The position numbers and the translations under genes are program-made. DNA of 27,646 nt from a virus (lineage: Duplodnaviria > Caudoviricetes). Where the stretch lies: positions 1 through 27,646 of IMG/VR virus record IMGVR_UViG_3300020042_005216; one strand, 5' to 3'. This document shows, piece by piece, positions 9,041 through 18,200 of this stretch (position 1 is its first letter; each line of letters begins with the position of its first letter). The notes below the pieces were generated by a model that had not been told where the DNA came from, did not search any database, and saw nothing but the letters and a program-made list of their open reading frames with translations.

Positions 9041-9483
9041 ACTTAACATTAGCCGCAGACTTGTGTAAACATTTTGAAGGCTTTAGTTCTAAGCCTTACA
9101 TGTGTCCTGCTAATGTAGCTACAATAGGCTACGGTAGTACATACTATGCTGACGGTAGGAAAGTAACGCTTCAGGATCCTCCTATGAGTGAGCCTGAGGC
9201 TTATGAATTACTCCTCAGAGAATTACATCATACCTATTTGCCCGGAACACTTAAGCATTGTCCTGTACTAGCTACAGATGAAAAGAAATTAAATGCCATT
9301 GTTGACTTCTGTTATAACTTAGGTGTAGGTAGACTACAGACAAGTACATTAAGACGAAAGATTAATGAACAAGACTGGGAAGCCGCTAAGGTAGAGTTAA
9401 TGAAATGGAATAAGGGTGGAGGTAAAGTGTTAGCTGGTCTTAACAAAAGACGTAAGGCTGAATGCGCTTTACTTGGTACCTAA
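9037..9483 (+). CDS. endolysin, phage lysozyme (GH24)
   Basis: FEG...YMCPANVATIGYG (E-x8-C-x5-T triad), FCYNLGVG..STL, WNKGGGKVLAGLNKRRKAE. Confidence 0.95.
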   Translation: MNLTLAADLCKHFEGFSSKPYMCPANVATIGYGSTYYADGRKVTLQDPPMSEPEAYELLLRELHHTYLPGTLKHCPVLATDEKKLNAIVDFCYNLGVGRLQTSTLRRKINEQDWEAAKVELMKWNKGGGKVLAGLNKRRKAECALLGT

Positions 9484-9504
9484 TAGTAATAAAAAGGATA
9501 TCTC

Positions 9505-11028
9505 ATGGCAACACCAATTACAGACCTAGGCAAGGGAGGTCTTAACACAGACTTATCACCCTTGATTGTTCCCCCTAATGTTTTTTCAGATGTACTCAAT
9601 GTTCGTTTTGACGACAATGCAGTACAAACAATTACGGGTGAAGGGGCATACAGGACTGTAGCTATTGTCCCTGACTATGGTATTCACTGGAAAAGACCAG
9701 ATCAAGGTTATAATATCTTTGCTAAGAATGGAGCTATTGTTCGAGTAGATGCGGCAGGGAATTCATCTAATATGTTTTCCTCTGCTGATGTACTATACAA
9801 CAATAGCGATTGGCAAGGTACTCTCTTTAACGGTGGATTTGCTGTTGTAGTAAACAACGGTCAGACAACTCCACTATATTGTTTATATGGTAGTGCTTCA
9901 GCAGGATCTACCTTTCAACCTTTACCTAACTGGAATTATTTAGCTGGTCTTACAGTGACTGCTAAAGTAATCCGTTCACTTAACTATTCTCTTGTTGCGG
10001 CTAACCTTACGTTAACCGAGAGTGGCATTGTAACATATGCCCCAGGAACTGTACGTGTTTCTGTTCAGGCTCCTACAGGTAACATCCCACAAGTATGGGC
10101 ACCCGGAGTTACAACAGACACAGCAGATGAGTTTGAGTTAAGCTCAACATCACAAGTACTCGATATGCTTGACCTTAGGGGTAGCATGTTTATTTATTCT
10201 GAAGACAGTATTAATATATTGTCTATTGGTAATGTAACTAAAGTAACTCCATACTCAAAGTCTTATGGTATTCTTAGTACAGATTGTGTATGTGAGTTTG
10301 ATGGTAGCCACTTTGTAGTAGACCGTAATGATATCTATATTCATAATGGTTCAGGTAGTATTGAGTCTATTGCTGACTTCAGAATTAAAAAGTATTTCTT
10401 TAGTAACCTTAATAAGAGTTACACTAACAAAGTTCATATTGTACGTAATCCTTTCTATAAAGAAATCTGGATTAACTATCCTAAAGGAAATGCAACAACT
10501 TGTACTGAAGCCCTTATATTTAATTATAAAAATAATACATGGACAAAGAGAACATTAGCTAATGTAACTTACACATTTAATGCTCCACAAAATGTCAGTA
10601 ATACTTATAATTATGCTAAACAAGAGTTGTTGTTTACAACTAACTCAACACAAACATTGATTACAAATGATGCTTACCTTATGTACAATGGTACAACATT
10701 TGTAGCGTATGATTCTTATGTATCTAAAAAGATTAATACAGGCGACTTAACTGGTAGTTCTATTATTAATGCTATATACCCTGTATTTGATAAAGTATCT
10801 GGTTCAGCTAGTATTAGTATTAAAGTGCTTGGTCAGAATAACTATATAGATAATCCTACATATACATCTGCTGATGTATTTACATTTCTTCCTAACAATC
10901 AAAAGTCTCAGGGCTATAAAGTAGATCCTCGAGTTAATGGTCGTGTAATGAATCTATATATTACATCAACAGACTATTGGAGACTCCCTACTCTTGCATT
11001 TGATGTACGACCAGCTGATCGGAGGTAA
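9505..11028 (+). CDS. tail tubular/stabilisation (nozzle) protein, podovirus type
   Basis: 507 aa, beta-rich; N-terminal GGLNTDLSP...NVRF; position before the internal virion genes as in P22 gp10/T7 gp12 (inference). Confidence 0.6.
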   Translation: MATPITDLGKGGLNTDLSPLIVPPNVFSDVLNVRFDDNAVQTITGEGAYRTVAIVPDYGIHWKRPDQGYNIFAKNGAIVRVDAAGNSSNMFSSADVLYNNSDWQGTLFNGGFAVVVNNGQTTPLYCLYGSASAGSTFQPLPNWNYLAGLTVTAKVIRSLNYSLVAANLTLTESGIVTYAPGTVRVSVQAPTGNIPQVWAPGVTTDTADEFELSSTSQVLDMLDLRGSMFIYSEDSINILSIGNVTKVTPYSKSYGILSTDCVCEFDGSHFVVDRNDIYIHNGSGSIESIADFRIKKYFFSNLNKSYTNKVHIVRNPFYKEIWINYPKGNATTCTEALIFNYKNNTWTKRTLANVTYTFNAPQNVSNTYNYAKQELLFTTNSTQTLITNDAYLMYNGTTFVAYDSYVSKKINTGDLTGSSIINAIYPVFDKVSGSASISIKVLGQNNYIDNPTYTSADVFTFLPNNQKSQGYKVDPRVNGRVMNLYITSTDYWRLPTLAFDVRPADRR

Positions 11029-11031
11029 TCT

Positions 11032-12744
11032 ATGTTTAATCCTCCTATAACAGGTAATAAAGATCTTGATGCCTACTTATATGATTTAAGTTTAAACCTA
11101 GATGGTAATACTGGTGCTACAGAGTCTGATCCTAATATTCCCGGTGGAGACCCCGGAAGCTATACATATCAATACATACATGTTAAATATGCTACAGATA
11201 ATATAGGTACAGGGTTTTCTAACACACCTACTAATAAAACTTATTTTGGTTTGTACAACAGTAGCTCATCTACTGAGTCAACTAATCCAGCAGAATATAC
11301 TTGGTATCTATCAGGATTTCCCTTTGGTACTACTTACTTTCTTTACTACCTTATTTTAGGTGGTCGTAAGATTAGGTTTGCTGTTAACACTTCCCCTCCA
11401 GACTATCACTGGAAAGTAGATGATGGTAATGCTATTGATTTAGACGTTATTGTGCCTCCGGCTACAGTTTCTTTTAATGAAATTATGAATGCCGCAGTAA
11501 CAGAGCTTAAGATTGCAGCTGATGCTGTAACTGCTACTAAGATTAACGTAGCAGCTCTTGATCAAGCCTTTGGTGACTTAAGACCTAACACAGTATCTGC
11601 CGCACAAATTGCTACTAATGCTGTTACTAGTATAAAACTCCTTGATGGAGCAGTAACTGCGGCTAAAACTGCAGTAGCATCTATTGATGCTGCAACAGGT
11701 AATTTAGTTGCTAACTCAGTAGGTAGCACACAAATTACTGACAATGCAATTACATCTCAAAAGATTACTGCTAATGCTATTACAGCAGGTAAGATTGCGG
11801 CTAATGCTATTGTTGCAAGTAACATTCAAGCTGGTACAATTACTGGTGATAGAATATTTGCTAATACAATTACGGGTGACAACATTGCGGCATTAACTAT
11901 TGGTGCTCAAGCTATTGCAGCTCAAGCTATTACAGCAGTTAAAATTGAGTCTGGTGCTATTACAACAGACAAGATTTTTGCTGGTGCAGTTACTTCGGCT
12001 AAGATTACTGTAGGCACCCTTGCGGCTATTACTGCTAACATGGGTACTATTACTGCTGGAACATTAACGGCTGGTACTATCTTTGGTGGCGCATTGAGTG
12101 CTGCTACAGGGACATTTAGTGGTTCTTTAAGTGCGGCTACAGGTACTTTTTCAGGATCCTTAAGTGCGGCTACAGGAACTTTTAATGGTTCATTAACTGT
12201 TGGATCTAGTCCTGCAGTTAGTGGAACTACAATGTCAGGTGCTGGTGCTGTTATAAATAACGCTGGTACTTTTGCTATTGGTAATGCTAGTACTAATATT
12301 ACTTATAATGGTAGTGCTATGTACCTTAACGGCAACGTTGTTAACACTGCAAACATTACTTCAAATGCAGTTACAAATAGTGCTACAGCATACACAGCAG
12401 GAAGAGTTTATGCTACTAGTGGTACATCAGGATGGATAACTTTACAAACAGTAACTATAACAAGCACAGGTGGTACTTTATATATAGCTTCTGCTGGTAG
12501 AGCTTATCAAGGTTCTTATGGTACTGAAAGTGGAACAACAGGTGTTTTTCCTTTGTTTAGAATTTTTTCTGGTTCTTCTTTGATTGAATCAAATGAAGCA
12601 GGTATGAGTTACAGTGTTACACCCGGAGCTGGAACGCATACTATTAAATTAGAGATAATAGATGGAAACACAGGTGATGGCTCATTAATTGAAAATAGCT
12701 CTGCTTCAAATAGATCTCTTTTTGTTATGGAATTAAAACGATGA
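11032..12744 (+). CDS. tail fibre/spike protein with 10-aa I-T-A-x-K-I-x-A repeats
   Basis: Long run of AVTAxKI/ITAGKI repeats; N-terminal YIHVKYA...YFGLY...NPAEYTW module; followed by a chaperone gene. Confidence 0.75.
   Translation: MFNPPITGNKDLDAYLYDLSLNLDGNTGATESDPNIPGGDPGSYTYQYIHVKYATDNIGTGFSNTPTNKTYFGLYNSSSSTESTNPAEYTWYLSGFPFGTTYFLYYLILGGRKIRFAVNTSPPDYHWKVDDGNAIDLDVIVPPATVSFNEIMNAAVTELKIAADAVTATKINVAALDQAFGDLRPNTVSAAQIATNAVTSIKLLDGAVTAAKTAVASIDAATGNLVANSVGSTQITDNAITSQKITANAITAGKIAANAIVASNIQAGTITGDRIFANTITGDNIAALTIGAQAIAAQAITAVKIESGAITTDKIFAGAVTSAKITVGTLAAITANMGTITAGTLTAGTIFGGALSAATGTFSGSLSAATGTFSGSLSAATGTFNGSLTVGSSPAVSGTTMSGAGAVINNAGTFAIGNASTNITYNGSAMYLNGNVVNTANITSNAVTNSATAYTAGRVYATSGTSGWITLQTVTITSTGGTLYIASAGRAYQGSYGTESGTTGVFPLFRIFSGSSLIESNEAGMSYSVTPGAGTHTIKLEIIDGNTGDGSLIENSSASNRSLFVMELKR
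12094..12192 (+). repeat. 3 x 33-bp imperfect tandem repeat encoding LSAATGTF[SN]GS
   Basis: Units start at 12094, 12127 and 12160. Confidence 0.9.
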
Positions 12745-13151
12745 TGTACACTATATTTAATACAACAACAGGTGAAATACTTCGTGTCATTAATACAAAT
12801 CAAATTGAATCACAAATTAAAGATAATGAATCTTTTATTGATGGTGAATTCCTTGATGATGCATATTACATTGAATACAATCAACCAGTATTAATTCCAC
12901 TAAAACCTAATGATTACTCTGTATTTAACTTTGAAACTAAACAATGGGTAACTGTAGAAAGTAAAGCAATAGCAGATGTTTCTTCAAAAAGAAACAAACT
13001 TCTTTATCAAACAGACTGGACTCAAATACCTAATAACCCTTTAACTATTCAACAACAAACAAGTTGGGCAACATACAGACAACAACTTCGTGATGTATCT
13101 TCTCAACAAGGTTATCCTTACAACGTAGTGTGGCCAACTCCACCAAACTAA
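12741..13151 (+). CDS. phage tail/fibre assembly chaperone-like protein
   Basis: RNKLLYQTDWTQ...WATYRQQLRDV...YPYNVVWPTPP. Confidence 0.8.
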   Translation: MMYTIFNTTTGEILRVINTNQIESQIKDNESFIDGEFLDDAYYIEYNQPVLIPLKPNDYSVFNFETKQWVTVESKAIADVSSKRNKLLYQTDWTQIPNNPLTIQQQTSWATYRQQLRDVSSQQGYPYNVVWPTPPN

Positions 13152-13153
13152 CT

Positions 13154-13573
13154 ATGAAAATTATTTTATTATCACCTGAACAAACAGTACAACATTGGTC
13201 AACACTCTCTGTATTACTTCAAAAAGTAATTGAGCATGGACAAGGAGAATCTACATTAACAGACTATCTTAAAAAGATTCTCAATGAGTACATTCAATGT
13301 TGGGCGGTAGTAGATGATGAATTAAATATTATTGGTGCTGGTTTAACTCAATACTTACAATACTCTCAACACAAAACACTTCATATAATTGCTTTCTCTG
13401 GAAGTGACTTTGAAGAACAATCTAAGGTGTTCCCTACAGTGGAACAATTTGCCCGTGATTCTGGCTGTAAAGCTATTGAACAATGGGGTCGTCCAGGATG
13501 GGCAAAGGTACTACCAAAGTATGTATCTGGATTTAAAGAAGCTTACGTAGTAATGCGAAAGGATTTAGAATGA
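13154..13573 (+). CDS. GNAT-fold-like virion assembly protein (P22 gp14/T7 gp13 position)
   Basis: Start moved to MKIILL just after the upstream stop; LHIIAFSG...EQFARDSGCKAIEQWGRPGWAKVL...GF; the fold call is inference. Confidence 0.55.
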   Translation: MKIILLSPEQTVQHWSTLSVLLQKVIEHGQGESTLTDYLKKILNEYIQCWAVVDDELNIIGAGLTQYLQYSQHKTLHIIAFSGSDFEEQSKVFPTVEQFARDSGCKAIEQWGRPGWAKVLPKYVSGFKEAYVVMRKDLE

Positions 13574-14259
13574 AATATAAAATTAATGGTTCTATTAAAA
13601 AGAACTACGGGGGTGGTGGTGGAGGTACAACAAGTAGTATTCCTGAATGGGCAAAGCCTTATATGGAAAATGTTGGTAAAGCGGCTGAAGGTGCTTATGG
13701 TTCAGGTGACTTAAACAAAGTAGCTGGTGCATCAACATTACAACAAGAAGCTTTTGGCGAGGGTGCCAGAAAACTAGGTGCTACTACTGACACTGCTCTT
13801 AGTACGTTAGGCGATCAAAATGCACGATTAACTACTATGGCTATGGCTCCTAGTGCGGCAACATTAGCGGCTCAGAAGACAGGTATTCTTAATGAAGCTC
13901 AAAAGGGCGTTGCTAAACTTAATACAGGTTTTGGTCAAACAGGAACACTAGGTTCTGCAAGACAAGCTGTTATGCAGGGTGCTCAAAATGCTGAGACAAC
14001 AGGTGCGTTAGCTAAAGTTGATGCTGACTATGAATCTAATATGTTTAAGAATCGTCTTGCAGCTGAACAAGCTATTGCATCAGGTGCAACTACTGCTTAT
14101 GATATTGCTAACAAAGGCGTAGGTGCTACGGCTAATCTTGGTAACCAACAACGTGGTATTGATCAACAAGGTCTTGATGCTACATGGCAAGGTCTTCAGC
14201 GTTATGCTTCGACTATATATGGTAATCCATCAAGACAACAAGCGTCTGGAGGTAAATAA
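13570..14259 (+). CDS. internal virion/DNA-ejection (pilot) protein
   Basis: Basic leader, then GGGGGG-TTSSIPEWAKPY; A/G/Q-rich; GTLGSARQ motif. Confidence 0.65.
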   Translation: MKYKINGSIKKNYGGGGGGTTSSIPEWAKPYMENVGKAAEGAYGSGDLNKVAGASTLQQEAFGEGARKLGATTDTALSTLGDQNARLTTMAMAPSAATLAAQKTGILNEAQKGVAKLNTGFGQTGTLGSARQAVMQGAQNAETTGALAKVDADYESNMFKNRLAAEQAIASGATTAYDIANKGVGATANLGNQQRGIDQQGLDATWQGLQRYASTIYGNPSRQQASGGK

Positions 14260-15224
14260 TGGCTGGTGATGTAGGAAGTAGCCCAACTGCTACAACATTT
14301 AATAAAGGTGCGCCTTCACAAAACGTTGCTTCAGGTAATCCCTCAGTAGGTACTCCAAGCGGAGGTACAATGGGTGCTGGTAAAGGCGCTGGAGATATGC
14401 GCCCACAAAAAACTGCTATGGGTACACCTATTGTGTATGGTAACACTTATTTACCTAACCCTGTTTCAGGACAACCTAATGCTGGTGTTCCTGTTACCCC
14501 AACTCCAGCCTATGATACTTCTATGGATGGGGGTAGTAGTGGTGATAGTGGTTTTGCAGACGGTACTATGTCAGTTCCTAATTATGCTTATGGTACAGAA
14601 TCAGTTGCAGGTTATGCACGAGGAACAATAGGAATAGATGATGATCCTTGGAGTTGGGCTAACCAACAGCCAATAGCTCCTTTATCTGCTGATATTAAAC
14701 CATCTAACGAACAACCTGGAGGTCGTGTTGCTGATCCAGTAGAACAACAATTAGGTGCTATGGCTATGAGTAAGGGCATTGAGGCTACTGAAAAAGGTAT
14801 TAATGCGGCTTATCAGGCTTACGGTGCGCCTTTAACTACTAATGCTATTGGGTCTATTGGAACTACTACTGCGGGTGTTCCTGTTGCCTTAGGAAATGTT
14901 GGTGCTGTAGTTGCACCTAGCGCTGTTACTTTAGGAACACCTGTTGCCGGAGCTTTAGCTCCTGCTGGTGCAGGATTATCTACATTAGTAGGTGGTGCAG
15001 GAACTGGTCTTGCCGCAAGTTCAGCCGCACCTATTGGCGCTAGCCTTGGTACTGCTTTAGGTGCTACTACTGCCGCAACTACCGCTGGAACTGCCGCAAC
15101 TACAGCTGGTTTAGGAACTGCATTAGGTGCTGGTGGAACTGCTATGATGGGCGCATTAGCATCTAATCCTGTTGGCTGGGCTATTGGTGCAGGACTTTTG
15201 GCTAAAAAGCTAAAAATAATTTAA
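14259..15224 (+). CDS. internal virion/ejection protein, A/G/T-rich with hydrophobic C-terminus
   Basis: Low complexity; ends ALASNPVGWAIGAGLLAKKLKII, a typical membrane-interacting end. Confidence 0.6.
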   Translation: MAGDVGSSPTATTFNKGAPSQNVASGNPSVGTPSGGTMGAGKGAGDMRPQKTAMGTPIVYGNTYLPNPVSGQPNAGVPVTPTPAYDTSMDGGSSGDSGFADGTMSVPNYAYGTESVAGYARGTIGIDDDPWSWANQQPIAPLSADIKPSNEQPGGRVADPVEQQLGAMAMSKGIEATEKGINAAYQAYGAPLTTNAIGSIGTTTAGVPVALGNVGAVVAPSAVTLGTPVAGALAPAGAGLSTLVGGAGTGLAASSAAPIGASLGTALGATTAATTAGTAATTAGLGTALGAGGTAMMGALASNPVGWAIGAGLLAKKLKII

Positions 15225-15233
15225 GGAAATACT

Positions 15234-18200
15234 ATGGCACCCTTATCAGGTAAACAACAGAGAGAGTACCTCAAATTCCAAAATAAAGAAGCTCGTGAAT
15301 CAGCTAAAATGGAAGTTGACCAATTTCGTAAACAACAATTACATGAACTTAAACTTCAAGAAGCAGCTGCAAAAGCTAAGCAAGGTTTAGGTTATAAAGA
15401 ACAAGTTAATAATGCAAAGCTTAATGATATGGGTGTTCCATTACCTAAGGGTGCAACTATTAACAAACAAAGATTAGGTATTCCTTCAATGAATCCTATG
15501 GCGGGTACAGAGATGTTTAAACAGGGTCAACATAGGTTGCCTCAATCAACTGTATTCCAAGCACAAGGTACTGATACAGTTCCTGCTATGCTTACTCCCG
15601 GAGAAGCGGTTATTCCTCGTGCAGCCGCACAAAATCCTAAGAATAAAAAAGCTATTAAACGTATGGTACAAGAGGGTCGTAGGGCTAATGCTATGATGGA
15701 TGGTACAATGGATGTACCTGAATTCAGTCGTGGATCTTCTGCTCAAGCTAACTATGCAGATGGAACTGAACGTGTATTTAGTCGTTATGGAAAAGGTCCT
15801 CTTAAAATAGTTAGTACACACGATGGTTACCCACAACAATATGATGAAGAAGGTCGTGGCATGTCAGAATATTCTGTTACAGTAACTGACCCACGTATTA
15901 ATAAAGGTAGGCCAACTAATATACCTTCTCTTTGGGAAGGAAAAATATTAAGTGAAGACAAAGCGATACTTAAAGCATTAGCTAATGGTGGTCCTTATCC
16001 TTCATATAAATCAATACCACAGGCTATTGAAGCCGCAGGACAAAAGTCTGATGATGGGGGAGCAGCTGCACCTTACATGCATGGTTCTTATGGTGTAGTA
16101 CCTCAACAAGTACAGTCTGCGGTAGGCTATGAAAATGGGGATACTAATGTATCTTACCTTGATCGTTTTCTTAACTATGTTGCTGGGCAAGATCCACAAC
16201 CTGTTGCTCCTCCATTAGCAAAGCCAGTAAGCCAGTCTTCTGACTTTGATACTATTATTCAAAAGGTATTCCAAAGAGAATATCCTAGTGAAGATAAAGC
16301 TTTTCACAATGTTAAAGGTGATAGGGGTGGCCCAACTAAATATGGTATTAGCCAGAGAGCTTATCCTAACTTAGATATCAAAAATCTTACTAAAGAACAA
16401 GCTATTGAGATTGCTAAAAGAGATTATTGGGATAAAAACAAAGTTGATCAATTAGACCCAGCACTTAGAGAAGTTTATTTTGATACTGCTTTTAATAAAG
16501 GTTCTGGTGCAGCTAAGTTATTCTTAGAAAGGTCAGGCGGTGATCCTGTTAAATTCTTAGATGAACGCCAAAAATATGCAAATGAAATTGTTAAGCAAGA
16601 CCCATCACAAAAGAAATTTCAAAAAGGTTGGTCTAATCGTGTTAATGATTTAAAGAGAGTAGCTGAAACGGCTACAGATGTTCTTATTCCATCAGCTCAA
16701 GCAGGTACATTAGATGCTAGAGAAATTCAAGCTCCTTTAGCTGTTGTTAAGCCTGAAGTTGTTGAAGTTGTTAATAATACTCCCTCTGGTCGTGATGTAT
16801 TAATTGCTAAACAAAATTTAGCTACAAGTACTGATCCCAAGCTTATTCAATCTTCTAAAGATATTTTAGCTAGAGCTAATCAAGCTATACCTACATTAGC
16901 AGATACTCGAGGTGCAATTATTAATTCACCATTAACTGCAATGGAAACACCTTTATTTAATAAAGATCAACAAGATTTAATTAGATTAAGTGAAATTATT
17001 AATGACCCTAATATAACACCTAATGACAAAAAATGGGCGTATACACAAATAAATCGTATAACACGCAATGGTCAACCTGTATCCCCAGTAGGTGCAGGTA
17101 CTGCTAGATCTATTTTTAATCAAGTACTTGGTTCTGAATTACAAGCTAACATTGCTAATTTACCTAAAAACGAGCCTTATTTAGTACCAGAAGTTCCTGT
17201 CCCTACTCAAGCAGAAATACCTAGACCAATAGATGTAGCTATGAATCAACAAGCTATGTCTAATGATCAAAATTATAATATGTCTTTAGGAGAAGGTAAA
17301 CAAGTAGAAGTTCCTGCAGTTGATGGTACTGGTTTTTCTAAACAAAATGCTGATAGGTTTAATAATCTTGGTTTAGAATCAAGAAAAGAACTTGACAATA
17401 TTAGTTCAGAAGTTAAACGAGTAACCCAAATGCAAGGCACTAAGCAAGAGAAAGAAGGATTTCTTGCTAAAGCTTTAGAAGGTATTTTTGGACCTAAAGG
17501 TTTATTTAGCGATAAAGAACTTATTAGGTTTGCTATATTGGCAGCTGGGGGTATGTTAACTGGTGGTTCTGTTGGTGGTTCTTTGCGTGTTGCAGGATTA
17601 AATACACTCCAATCAGCTGATAAACGTCAAGCTGAACAATTTGCAAATGAGCAACAAGATAAACGGTTTAATCAACAAGAAGAATTACTTGATAAACGTT
17701 TTGCAAAAGAACGTGAATTCCGTAAAGAAGATATTATTCGTGCAGAAGATAAACAACTTGAAACTGAAATGATTAGAGAAGGTCGTGATGCAGTTGCTGT
17801 TCGTAACTGGATTAAAGGCGGCCAAAAAGGTGAAGTACCTGCAATTAAAACCTCATATATTCGTAATGGTAATTCAGAATTAATGACTGTTACTTCTTCA
17901 ATTAAATTAAATGACCAAGTATTTAAACCAGGAGATCCTGTTTACGTTTATCAAATGACTCAACAGGTTGGACCTCGCAAAGGTGAAACAATTCAGATGG
18001 CTAGAATTGGTAATAAAGATATTCCTTTTGAAGATTTAATGTCCAAAGGTTTTTATTTAAGTAAATGGAACGAAAGTACACACGGAGAAATTGCTAAGTT
18101 AAAACGTGCTCAAGAGTTTTCAGAAAAGCTTTCTAAGAATATATTTGAACCAATTGTTGAAAGTTATTTTGGTGCATCTAATATTAAAGGTAAAGCTAAT

